Origin: a virus
Lineage: Duplodnaviria; Caudoviricetes
DNA: 64,000 nt
Strand: one strand, 5' to 3'
Virus record (IMG/VR): IMGVR_UViG_3300009031_000368
Location: 128,001 to 192,000 of that record
Below, piece after piece: positions 18,628-27,889 of the stretch (the stretch's first letter is position 1; each line of letters begins with the position of its first letter). Made by a program: the position numbers and the translations under genes. The notes beneath the pieces are model-generated. The model saw only the letters and a list, made by a program, of their open reading frames with translations. It searched no databases and had not been told where the DNA came from.

Positions 18628-20066
18628 ACATCACCATCATCAAATCCAACAACATTTGTCGCATTCAAGCAGCCTTGAGGCTTTTGCTTTTTGGCAGTTC
18701 CCTTTACCGTTGGTTTTGTCTTTTTCTTTTTATCTGGGTATGACGGCGCTGGATGTTTAAGTGAAAGCTTTTTCAATACCTTCATCATGTCATCGTTATC
18801 CATTCCAGCCTGCCTTGAAAGCTTTTTCAGGAAAGGAGACGCATCATCGTTATCAATCTCCTCATCGCTTGACATCGAAAGCGGTGCCGTTGCACGGATG
18901 ATTTCAATCAATCGTTGCCAACAAGATGTTCCACTTGTATCAAGCTTAAATGCCAACAGTTTCAAATATGCGCCAGAAAATCCGCCAGCCGCATCTGCAA
19001 TTTTTGTCAATACACCGTCTGCAATGTTGGTCGTCAGGTAATGACTTAAAATCCTTTTACGGCATCCAGCTGATAGTGGCTGCAAAATGATGATTTCATC
19101 AATTCGGCCAGGCCGCATGCCTGGGTAATAAAACTTTGATGGCGTAATGGTCATACTGCCATCATCCATGATGGTACCGATTACGGTAAAGTCTCGATTG
19201 AGAGATTCAAGTGTAGTCAATAGAAAATCGTAATCGTCCTGTCGCTCCAACACATACTGGATATCATCCAACAATAGCACCGATGGCTGAAGATAAAACA
19301 ACACCTTGCCGATATTGGTAAGGCTGAATGACTGAAACTCCCGGGATGGAATTTTAAGGATTCTACCACCAACCCGCTTTGCCAGCAGGTAACTCAATGT
19401 TGTCTTACCTGACCCGGTGTTACCTACGATGATGATGGAACGGGGTGAACCATCCGAATTCCTAACTTCAATTTCATTAACATCTGGTTCACCAATATAT
19501 GTGGCTGATGGATGAAATGCTTGCAGTTCAAGATTACTGGAGAAATCCTCGCCATCTTCATCATCGTTTGGCACAGTCATAGACCTGGTTAGAATCAATG
19601 AATCGCTGGTTCGCCAAATGATGTTCAACAGAAATTGCTTGAACAGATCAATGGATCTTACATAAAATACCGTATCGTTACGGTTACCATCATTGCCATG
19701 CAGACTGATAATGTCATTGGTCCACATCAACAACCTCCGATCTTTAATCAAACGGACGTCGCGGATCGGTTTGGTGCCACTTGCAATTATTGAATCATTA
19801 ATGACTTGGCTTAATGAAATTGGGAGATCTAGCCAGGTAAGACCTTCACCTTCTAGGAAGGTGGTCACCATGTCATCATCAAGATCAATGAAATGGTAGA
19901 TGATATCCTTAACTGATGCGGCAACCGCTATCGCGGCCGACAACTTTGATTGGCTTTGGATTTTAGAAAATCGTCCATAGATATTATCTACGATTGTTAA
20001 CTTTCGTACAAATGCGGAGACATAATTATAGATGGTGAGTTTTGCGTTTAGTGCATCGGTGTTCAT
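18624..20066 (-). CDS. AAA+ ATPase
   Basis: Walker A GNTGSGKTT, Walker B LLLDD, Arg finger MRPGRIDE; Lys-rich tail. Confidence 0.85.
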   Translation of the reverse strand: MNTDALNAKLTIYNYVSAFVRKLTIVDNIYGRFSKIQSQSKLSAAIAVAASVKDIIYHFIDLDDDMVTTFLEGEGLTWLDLPISLSQVINDSIIASGTKPIRDVRLIKDRRLLMWTNDIISLHGNDGNRNDTVFYVRSIDLFKQFLLNIIWRTSDSLILTRSMTVPNDDEDGEDFSSNLELQAFHPSATYIGEPDVNEIEVRNSDGSPRSIIIVGNTGSGKTTLSYLLAKRVGGRILKIPSREFQSFSLTNIGKVLFYLQPSVLLLDDIQYVLERQDDYDFLLTTLESLNRDFTVIGTIMDDGSMTITPSKFYYPGMRPGRIDEIIILQPLSAGCRKRILSHYLTTNIADGVLTKIADAAGGFSGAYLKLLAFKLDTSGTSCWQRLIEIIRATAPLSMSSDEEIDNDDASPFLKKLSRQAGMDNDDMMKVLKKLSLKHPAPSYPDKKKKTKPTVKGTAKKQKPQGCLNATNVVGFDDGDV

Positions 20067-20112
20067 TGATTCTCCAGTGGTTCAGATTTGTTTTATACAG
20101 ATTATCACAACA

Positions 20113-20691
20113 TCATGAAACGGTAAGGCTACTTAGCGGGATATGGGTTTTATGGCTAGTTTGTGCCAGATCCCACGTATGTTTCGTTCCACCGTCCTTC
20201 GGCACAGCACCATCGCCCCACGTATAGGCAATCACGGCATCTGAACCGCTTACCGGAATATTGCGCTGAAAGAATCCTGGAATGACATCAATAGTTGCAC
20301 CACGAGAAACAGCTTCCAGTATTCCAAGCCTAGTGTTCCGTCCACCGGGCATTTTTGCTGAGAACCTATCATGGTGATAATTGGAGACACGGCCAGGATC
20401 TTTTGAACCATTGCCTTGTTCAAATCGTCCCGTTGATGCAATCAATTGCGCGGGAAGGTAAAGATGAAGCGACTTAACAAAACCCATCAGGTATAGAGAA
20501 ACCGAGATGTGGTCGGAAAATGCCGCACCACCACTAACCAGGCATATGTCATCAATCGCGCATTCGAGAGTGGTACAAAATTCCGTTAGTCGGTTTTGTG
20601 CATCCCGCACCATGCTGACATATAGGCCATATGACATCTTGTCGTAATCTTCGCCACGGCCGGCTGTTCCGATGATGGAAATGGTTTTCAT
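20113..20691 (-). CDS. SLOG-superfamily (DprA/YspA-like Rossmann) protein
   Basis: ISIIGTAG, LVSGGA..SDH, FFQRN, GGTKHTW. Confidence 0.65.
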   Translation of the reverse strand: MKTISIIGTAGRGEDYDKMSYGLYVSMVRDAQNRLTEFCTTLECAIDDICLVSGGAAFSDHISVSLYLMGFVKSLHLYLPAQLIASTGRFEQGNGSKDPGRVSNYHHDRFSAKMPGGRNTRLGILEAVSRGATIDVIPGFFQRNIPVSGSDAVIAYTWGDGAVPKDGGTKHTWDLAQTSHKTHIPLSSLTVS

Positions 20692-21104
20692 TTAATGGTG
20701 TCAAGATCCCGCTGGATGTTTTTTAGCATTTCGCGGACAATCCTCTCAGCGTGAACACATGTTCCCATCTCTGCGCGTGTGGAAGTAACCGTTGTGCTAA
20801 ATCCCCAAACGAACACGCCAAATTCTTCATCGTAATAAAGTGTTATGTTTACAACACATCGATTATTGGCAGCGAGACCAACGATCTTTTCATTATCTTC
20901 TATATCCCAATCCATGTATGGATAATTCTTTGCAAGTTCATGCAATGAATCCTTCAATAGTTGGATCCGTCGTTGTTCAATGTTTATTGACGCGATATCA
21001 AACCCGTTATCCACCATCCATCGGTGAGCCGTGTCATCGGTTTCGGCTGATTTGCTGACAAGTTCAAACATTTGCTGAATTTGCTGCTCGGTGAAACTAT
21101 TCAT
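20688..21104 (-). CDS. hypothetical protein
   Basis: GGAG RBS, ATG 21104. Confidence 0.6.
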   Translation of the reverse strand: MNSFTEQQIQQMFELVSKSAETDDTAHRWMVDNGFDIASINIEQRRIQLLKDSLHELAKNYPYMDWDIEDNEKIVGLAANNRCVVNITLYYDEEFGVFVWGFSTTVTSTRAEMGTCVHAERIVREMLKNIQRDLDTIK

Positions 21105-21726
21105 CGTTTGCTTTCTCCACAATCATCCAGTCGCCATAGTCGACCGACATATCATCTGATAGAAATTCAATTCGGCCATCACATCGGGCACACTGCCCAC
21201 GATATCTTCGCCATCCATTAAAAATCATCAGCATTTCGTGTTGATGTCCGTTCCAGCCACATTTTTTACATGACACCTTCCTTGACTTCACATATGGGCA
21301 AGGTGTCCACACTTCATTCCATTCAAATTTCGGTTTGACGGTTTGCAGGTATGTGGTTAGACGAATCCTGGCAGCCGACCAACATTCCCGGCATACCGAG
21401 ACGCCGCTTCTAGTCCTGTACTTTTCAACCGGCATGGTTTCTTTAACCAACCCTTTGCGCGGGCCTGATTTAAATAGAACGTCCTTTGGCTGTACGCCGC
21501 ATTGCATACAACCAGTTTCTGATTTGAATGTTCTAACTTGATCCAGCTCACCTATCGTCAGAGCTTCATTGACCAATACCGATAAGAATACGCCAATATG
21601 GTCAGTGCCGAGCACCAATCGTAATTGTCTCTCTTCCTTGATCCGGGCTATCTTTGCCATGGCATCCGATGAATCAGTGATGCCATCTAGCTTCAATAGC
21701 TGGTCTTCGGTAAAGTCAACAAACAT
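21097..21726 (-). CDS. hypothetical protein with several CxxC pairs
   Basis: CMQC, CREC, CKKC, CARC. Confidence 0.65.
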   Translation of the reverse strand: MFVDFTEDQLLKLDGITDSSDAMAKIARIKEERQLRLVLGTDHIGVFLSVLVNEALTIGELDQVRTFKSETGCMQCGVQPKDVLFKSGPRKGLVKETMPVEKYRTRSGVSVCRECWSAARIRLTTYLQTVKPKFEWNEVWTPCPYVKSRKVSCKKCGWNGHQHEMLMIFNGWRRYRGQCARCDGRIEFLSDDMSVDYGDWMIVEKANDE

Positions 21727-21731
21727 AATAT

Positions 21732-21917
21732 TTACTCGGCGGCAAGAATGATGTTCAGATCAGGAGTCGGAGTCGAAGCGGTGGGAGTATCAAGAATCAG
21801 CTCAACGGTAGCTTCATCGGTAACTGATGGTCCGTCATCGGAATCAATCAGCTGATGGACGTAACTGCCAACCATGATAACGATAACGGCAACAACAAGC
21901 ATAACACGAAACAACAT
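21732..21917 (-). CDS. small membrane-anchored protein
   Basis: N-terminal hydrophobic helix; AGGAG RBS. Confidence 0.6.
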   Translation of the reverse strand: MLFRVMLVVAVIVIMVGSYVHQLIDSDDGPSVTDEATVELILDTPTASTPTPDLNIILAAE

Positions 21918-21928
21918 AACGTTTTCTC

Positions 21929-22174
21929 CTATAGGCCAATACCGGCCATGTAAATTTTATGACTATCGGAATCAATCTCCATGACTCCAACAGTCGCCAC
22001 ACAATCGATGGCTGATGCCACAATATATGGCAGAGTCTTTACGACAAAGTGCCGCTCAAATTCATTAGGCAATGTGATCGACACAATCGATCCAACTGGA
22101 GGAATCGCATCAATGGTTGGAGCGGAAATATCCCGCACACCAACACTATTCCAAGTCCGGAATTGAATCTTCAT
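21929..22174 (-). CDS. hypothetical protein
   Basis: 81-aa ORF; weakly like 52196-52399. Confidence 0.6.
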   Translation of the reverse strand: MKIQFRTWNSVGVRDISAPTIDAIPPVGSIVSITLPNEFERHFVVKTLPYIVASAIDCVATVGVMEIDSDSHKIYMAGIGL

Positions 22175-22416
22175 AGTCCATAACCCTTGATAAGATAACT
22201 GTACAATCCCGCGTTACTGGATGAAACGACAGTAACCGCATGACGGATTGCTGTGTCGTTATCCCAGTCGTCGCCGACAATCCGCGCAATTTCGTCATAC
22301 AGCCTGATCAACTCGACACGGGTAATCAGCATATCGCCTCCGCCATCGAAATCTAGCCATATGATATCACATTGAGTATTTTTGTCAATATCTTTTTCTG
22401 AATTGACTTCAATCAT
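22171..22416 (-). CDS. hypothetical protein
   Basis: 81-aa ORF. Confidence 0.6.
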   Translation of the reverse strand: MIEVNSEKDIDKNTQCDIIWLDFDGGGDMLITRVELIRLYDEIARIVGDDWDNDTAIRHAVTVVSSSNAGLYSYLIKGYGL

Positions 22417-24056
22417 ACTTGTAGGACGCCGTAACGGTACGCGGCTGAAACGATTTTTTGTCCAAGCGCCGACAGCCCCGACTGTAATTCTCCATATAGC
22501 GGATTATCGGCGATGATATCCCGTATTTGATACAGGCTGGCATTCCATGCACGATGATGACTTTTATCGGTTCGCAACGATGCGGTTGATACGACAAGAC
22601 GGGTAGCGATGTTCAACAGCCGTTCAGCGTCTGCGCCAAGCTGATAACGTTTTAGCATATGTGCCGCATGGCAATACATATGAGATTCTCGCGCAGTCAT
22701 GTTGATACAACATCTTGGCGTATTGTCAATGATATATTGTGGATCTAGCCAAAAGAAGTGATTGTAGTAGAATGGGCCTTCTGAAATAATTTGGTTATCT
22801 GGATGTAGCGCGGAAAACACGATGCAATCTGAAACAAATTGTTTCATTTTATGTGACGTATACTTTGTAACATTGATCCGTTGATTGAAATTTATGGCAG
22901 TAAGGCTTACCGATTTACCTACCGCAAAGCAAACGGCAGACTGTATGAAGTTAGCGGATGTAATGAGAAATGGCGATCCGCCACGATAGTCATCGCTCGA
23001 CGGGCCATTTATTGCGAAAGATTGGACGTTCCCAATGGTTGCTTCGACATTGGAGTTATGTGAAAATTTGGCAAGTGGCGGCCCACTACCACTCCAACCA
23101 TAAGGAATAGTCCTATCACTATAAAGTAATTCCTTACTCCTGAATCCTATCGTGTTACCTGAAGCTTCATCTATCACTGGAACCAATAGGCTTTTGCTTT
23201 TCTCAAAACTATAATCATGACAGGCAAACAATACATACTGCTCGCCTGATGGTGTAACGATAATCCGTTCAGGTGAACAGTAATTGGTTATCGTGAGATG
23301 TATAACAGGCAGCGGTGCCGCCAAAACGATACAACTATCGGCAATCCGTAGCCCGTAGTCTCTATACATATCGGACAATGACTTCATTGTGCCGACAGTA
23401 TAGCGTATCAACAATACAGTTGGCCTATTGGCCGATATGATCTGTGCCAAGTTTGAATCTGTTACCGTTCCATCTATAACAACTACTTCACGGTCATTGC
23501 TCCATCCAGGCATAACGCCATTCAGGTATTGCTCCATTACACGACTGGCACCATCGGTAACGCAATGCTCCGGATAACGGCCAGGCCGGTAGCCGACATT
23601 AAAACAGGAGGAAGATGCCATCTGGTTTATTGTCGTTACAGCATCACAGTAACTTAAAGGCGTGAATTCAAAATCAGATAAAGCGTCTATCAGGCTATGG
23701 TCAGGCGTAGAAGCAGCCTTCTTCCAGTCATAACGTTCAAACAGGTGATGTATGATGTCACCCGTATCTACCACATAGCAGGATTCTCGATCGGCCAACA
23801 GGATGACGTTAGGCGCATCGTAACCATTAAAGATGAGATTTCTGACATAGTGGACTGTTTGAGCCAATGCGCGGGGCCTTGATTGCCTGTTGCGGCGACT
23901 GAACTGAAGTTTAAATTCCATCAATAATCGCAAATCACCAACAACACCATAGCCATCGGTCCCAACCGGTGATGTAATGATGATACCTGGGAAGCTCTTC
24001 TGAAGTTCTGACTTATAAAAAGCTTCAACGTCTTTTTCATTTGTCGCAGTGAGCAT
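22413..24056 (-). CDS. PD-(D/E)xK nuclease-domain protein with type IIG R-M-like C-terminus, no intact MTase motifs
   Basis: N-terminal TDG...LLMEFK, LAQ..HY; C-terminal DCIVFS..H, NHFFW, WNASLYQIR, L.QKI...Y.YG.L. Confidence 0.5.
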   Translation of the reverse strand: MLTATNEKDVEAFYKSELQKSFPGIIITSPVGTDGYGVVGDLRLLMEFKLQFSRRNRQSRPRALAQTVHYVRNLIFNGYDAPNVILLADRESCYVVDTGDIIHHLFERYDWKKAASTPDHSLIDALSDFEFTPLSYCDAVTTINQMASSSCFNVGYRPGRYPEHCVTDGASRVMEQYLNGVMPGWSNDREVVVIDGTVTDSNLAQIISANRPTVLLIRYTVGTMKSLSDMYRDYGLRIADSCIVLAAPLPVIHLTITNYCSPERIIVTPSGEQYVLFACHDYSFEKSKSLLVPVIDEASGNTIGFRSKELLYSDRTIPYGWSGSGPPLAKFSHNSNVEATIGNVQSFAINGPSSDDYRGGSPFLITSANFIQSAVCFAVGKSVSLTAINFNQRINVTKYTSHKMKQFVSDCIVFSALHPDNQIISEGPFYYNHFFWLDPQYIIDNTPRCCINMTARESHMYCHAAHMLKRYQLGADAERLLNIATRLVVSTASLRTDKSHHRAWNASLYQIRDIIADNPLYGELQSGLSALGQKIVSAAYRYGVLQV

Positions 24057-26010
24057 AAATTAGATACCCAATTCTATCAATATCTAAATCAGAACTAATT
24101 TTACCCGTCGCCATCGTATTGTTCCCGCCGCTTTTAGCAGTTATAACCTTCAACAGTTGAATGGCCGGATATCGTTCTGACAGTTCGGCCGATACTGATA
24201 TAACTATTTGTTGGCCATATTTCAGCACAACAATACATGGTCCGAAACGATCACGGAGTCTATCGGTTTGAAGTCGCATTTCTTCAACAGTGTTAAGTAT
24301 TGTATCGGATGCAATTATCAGCACATCAGACGATAGATTATAGAAACTATGTGAATCAGATTCCATATTAAAATCTGCCGCGACTCTTTTATACTCAATC
24401 AGCTGTCGTTCAAGGCTCTGGCACTTCTCCTTCAAATCCTTAACAGCTGTAACGGGATCACTGCCAAGCTCTTTCCGCAGCAATGTCATGATACAACTAT
24501 ATTGTTGCATGATGTTAAACGCATCGTCGCCGGCCACATATTTGAACCATCTCGCATATGGGCCACTTGAACCATAATCCAAAACTTTTACATGATGGCT
24601 GGTTTCAAACTTACTGATGATATCATCATCCACAGGCTTGTAGTGTTGAAACGTAGTCGTATATACGTTCATACCATCTGTTGATTCAAAATCATCAGAG
24701 ATGATAATGGCATGATTGCCAAAACTGTCTAATAATGCTGGTCCGATTGGACACATGCTGGTATCAACACATTGAACAACCGTTACGTGTTGAGTCTTGT
24801 CGATATCGCTTCTATCGGTAAAACGTTCAATGTTAACATCGGGCGCAATCAATTGCATGTCTTCACGATATATGCCGTATCTGTTTTTCAATTCCTTGAC
24901 GAACGTTTCATTAACTGTTTGACCGCCATTCCGTTTAACATATTCCAGATAGACCTTACTGCCACGATTCAGATTGCTCCAATAGAGATCTGTTTCAATG
25001 CCGAGCACATCAAAGATTGTTGTTTTATTCTCTTTCAACTTCGGATACACGTCAGACATCGTATCGATAACCGATTTGACTGGTGCCACAATATCATTCA
25101 ATCCAAGCAAGCCAGCATGCCTGATGGCGCGACGAATGATTTTCTTTACCACATGACCACGATCCTTTTCCGATGGGAAGACATACTCGGACAACAGGAA
25201 GACAATCGCGCGGCTATGGTCGGCAATGACACGAATCGATACATCACGATTTGGATCTATGCCATAATTGGCCGGGATTGATTCAATGATGGGAACAAAT
25301 AGATCGGTATCATAGTTGGATGTTTTACCTTGAAGCACAGACGCGACACGCTCCAACCCCATACCGGTATCAATATGTAGTCGGCCGGTGTCCTTCATGG
25401 TTCCATCCGGATCCATTACCTGTTGCATGAATACAATGTTCCAAATTTCAAGGTATCTGTTTGGCTCAACGATAGGATTAGTTCGTGGCAGATCCGGTGT
25501 TAGATCATAAAACACTTCAGTGCATGGACCGCATGGTCCACTATTACCCATTGTCCAAAAGTTATCTGAACACGGTGTAATGTTGCTATACCACACCAGA
25601 TCACTCCATACCCGATAGGCGTCAACATCTTGTGGATGTACGGTGATATGCAGTCTGGTTTTATCCACGCCGAGCCATCCCATCAGATGGTCAGCTTCCT
25701 CGATTACAGATACTTTTTCGTCTGTTGAAAACCTGAAGTTGCCCAGCATTTCAAAGAATGTATGGTGTCGTGGCGACTTGCCCACTTCTTCAAAATCGTT
25801 ATGCTTGCCTGATACCCGTAGGCACTTTTGGCATGTCGTTGCATTCCAGGGCTTTTGATTTCTTAGAAAATCAGGCTTAAATTGAACCATGCCGGAATTG
25901 GTAAAGAATAGCGTGTCATCATCGGGGACAATCAACGATGACGGACGCTGCCAATAGCCTTGCTGCTTAAAGAAATGCAGGAAGTTATTTCTGATATCTA
26001 TTGACTTCAT
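24037..26010 (-). CDS. alaS: alanyl-tRNA synthetase, editing domain degenerate
   Basis: FTNSGMVQFK, QKCLRVSGKHND, HHTFFEMLGNF, GPCGPCTE, IDTGMGLER, VIADHSR, C-terminal KSGGN; 657 aa. Confidence 0.93.
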   Translation of the reverse strand: MKSIDIRNNFLHFFKQQGYWQRPSSLIVPDDDTLFFTNSGMVQFKPDFLRNQKPWNATTCQKCLRVSGKHNDFEEVGKSPRHHTFFEMLGNFRFSTDEKVSVIEEADHLMGWLGVDKTRLHITVHPQDVDAYRVWSDLVWYSNITPCSDNFWTMGNSGPCGPCTEVFYDLTPDLPRTNPIVEPNRYLEIWNIVFMQQVMDPDGTMKDTGRLHIDTGMGLERVASVLQGKTSNYDTDLFVPIIESIPANYGIDPNRDVSIRVIADHSRAIVFLLSEYVFPSEKDRGHVVKKIIRRAIRHAGLLGLNDIVAPVKSVIDTMSDVYPKLKENKTTIFDVLGIETDLYWSNLNRGSKVYLEYVKRNGGQTVNETFVKELKNRYGIYREDMQLIAPDVNIERFTDRSDIDKTQHVTVVQCVDTSMCPIGPALLDSFGNHAIIISDDFESTDGMNVYTTTFQHYKPVDDDIISKFETSHHVKVLDYGSSGPYARWFKYVAGDDAFNIMQQYSCIMTLLRKELGSDPVTAVKDLKEKCQSLERQLIEYKRVAADFNMESDSHSFYNLSSDVLIIASDTILNTVEEMRLQTDRLRDRFGPCIVVLKYGQQIVISVSAELSERYPAIQLLKVITAKSGGNNTMATGKISSDLDIDRIGYLIYAHCDK

Positions 26011-26210
26011 TTTACTCTCATCGAATAATCGCATGCCATATATTCAGCATCGTCTTTTGTCGTCAATGTGATGAACTAGCTAACCTCAGATGTCCAATAA
26101 TGATCGGTTGGTAAATCGTTATACCAAATCATCATCCCGCATCGTTCGCAACACCGACGCTCAGAGCCATAAGGTTGACCGTTTTGTGTCTTTAGATGTA
26201 AAATTAACAT
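26007..26210 (-). other. small Cys-containing ORF with an in-frame TAG (26076-26078); final TGA overlaps the alaS ATG
   Basis: MLILHLKTQNGQPYGSERRCCERCG...EVS*FITLTTKDDAEYMACDYSMRVK*. Confidence 0.5.
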
Positions 26211-26644
26211 ACCAGGTTCACAAGATCCGAGAATCCGTATTCTTTAATCAGATTCTCGGTACACGCCATCAGTGGTTTCGGCCAATCCTCTAGATCATAA
26301 ATCTTGAACCAGCCAAATTCAGTAAATTTATCTGGTTCCATGATTCGAGCCTTGGTTGGATTAGTTACTACGGCAGTCATCCACACCGTTACATAATGCT
26401 TGCCTTCCGGCATGATGTCATTAACGGCTGTAAGAAAACTCACCGGTCCTAACTCGATGTCAAACTCTTCTTTTGACTCACGCCGGACACACTGTTTAAA
26501 CGATTCCCCATATTCCAGGTGACCACCTGGGAATGCCCATGTGCCGGATTGATGACTGCCGGTACGTTTACCCAATAGAATATAGCAATCACCGTCAAAA
26601 TGACTCATGGCAATAACCGCTGTTCCAACAAGTGGGCGATTCAT
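26204..26644 (-). CDS. NUDIX hydrolase (MutT/NUDT15-like)
   Basis: Nudix box GGHLEYGESFKQCVRRESKEE; KHYVT, MEPDK. Confidence 0.9.
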   Translation of the reverse strand: MNRPLVGTAVIAMSHFDGDCYILLGKRTGSHQSGTWAFPGGHLEYGESFKQCVRRESKEEFDIELGPVSFLTAVNDIMPEGKHYVTVWMTAVVTNPTKARIMEPDKFTEFGWFKIYDLEDWPKPLMACTENLIKEYGFSDLVNLVC

Positions 26645-27024
26645 AGCCGTACTCCTTCCGTGATTTGATGCAATTGATTGCGCTGACTGATGAATGTATC
26701 GTTGAGATAACGGCAGAGCACAATTTCTGATTTAGCAGGATCAAAACGTTCATCCGTTACAACGGTAACCAGCACCGGCCGGTTGGTAATGATTGAATTG
26801 TCATTAACCTTAACTTCCGGCCGGATCCGAAACGTTACACCAGGTAACCAATCGATATAATAATCAATCGCTGAACCGGTGAGATCTGTAACAAAACAAG
26901 TATCGGCTTCCCATTGAAGCGAATTCAACAGTCGTTGACACTTTGCTGCGCTGAATGAAGGCGCGACACGCATCTGGAATCGCAAAACGGCATGCTCGGT
27001 AATATACCATCGGTTAATCATCAC
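26641..27024 (-). CDS. hypothetical protein
   Basis: 127-aa ORF; ITEHAVLRF start. Confidence 0.6.
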   Translation of the reverse strand: MMINRWYITEHAVLRFQMRVAPSFSAAKCQRLLNSLQWEADTCFVTDLTGSAIDYYIDWLPGVTFRIRPEVKVNDNSIITNRPVLVTVVTDERFDPAKSEIVLCRYLNDTFISQRNQLHQITEGVRL

Positions 27025-27302
27025 TCATTCCAATATCTAGGAGTATTCGATTCAACGTGGAGCGCAAAATCTAATGCGGCTTCATTCTCCTCATCAAACG
27101 TCACACCGACATCGTAATATGTTCCAAAGTCATGCGGACACGCCTTTATTTCAAAAACGACTCCTTCCGGAGGCGGAAATCGACGTTCCAACATCGCCCT
27201 AAATCGCTTACATTCACGCATGGCTTTCTGTTCATAATCGGGATTGCCGACCTGTGCGCAATACTCTTCACATGGCGCAGGACCAATACTCATATATCCC
27301 AT
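27021..27302 (-). CDS. conserved phage-type hypothetical protein
   Basis: AAGGAGG RBS; IGPAP.EE.CAQVG..DY...HDFG.YY. Confidence 0.75.
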   Translation of the reverse strand: MGYMSIGPAPCEEYCAQVGNPDYEQKAMRECKRFRAMLERRFPPPEGVVFEIKACPHDFGTYYDVGVTFDEENEAALDFALHVESNTPRYWNE

Positions 27303-27325
27303 GGATGTATCCTCCTTCATGGCAC

Positions 27326-27354
27326 ATGATATCACGAAAACATCAAATTGACAA
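27326..27354 (-). promoter_or_regulatory. sigma70-type promoter
   Basis: TTGTCA-N17-TATCAT. Confidence 0.65.
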
Positions 27355-27355
27355 A

Positions 27356-27889
27356 TTATAGGCTGGGAATCGTTTCTGACAGAAGATTGTAGACGTGGAG
27401 ATTTGGATCGAACCAACAAGAATGCCGGATTGTTTCAAACAGTTCATCATCTTGTTTAAAACGAGCGAATGCCATACCGACAGCCGACGATCTGCTAATA
27501 CCAGCAAAGCAATGAATTACAAGAAAATCATCACCGATCTGTTTGAAGAATTCGACGAGACGACCGGCTATTTCGCTTGTCATGGCCTTTCTGCTATAGC
27601 TATCGCGTTCAATATCGAAGAATTTAAATTCGCCGACGTGGTTATAGAACCCACCATGCAGTTCCGGTAACCGGTACCCCGGATCGCTGATACGTAGACA
27701 GCTAACTTGTTGACAGGTTGGTGGCTCCATCAGATTGACGGCATCTTCTTCACTGAGAATGAGAATACCATGATGGATTAATGTCTCATCCAGCTCAACT
27801 CGTGGCTTGTATCTTAACAACCCGCTCCCGGCATATTGGTCCATATAGGTGCAGTGATCTTTTCCACAAATTTTACAATCAATCATCAA
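27356..27889 (-). CDS. protein-tyrosine/dual-specificity phosphatase-like protein
   Basis: LVIHCFAGISRS (HCxxGxSRS), FDIE acid loop, PN..VY. Confidence 0.85.
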   Translation of the reverse strand: MMIDCKICGKDHCTYMDQYAGSGLLRYKPRVELDETLIHHGILILSEEDAVNLMEPPTCQQVSCLRISDPGYRLPELHGGFYNHVGEFKFFDIERDSYSRKAMTSEIAGRLVEFFKQIGDDFLVIHCFAGISRSSAVGMAFARFKQDDELFETIRHSCWFDPNLHVYNLLSETIPSL

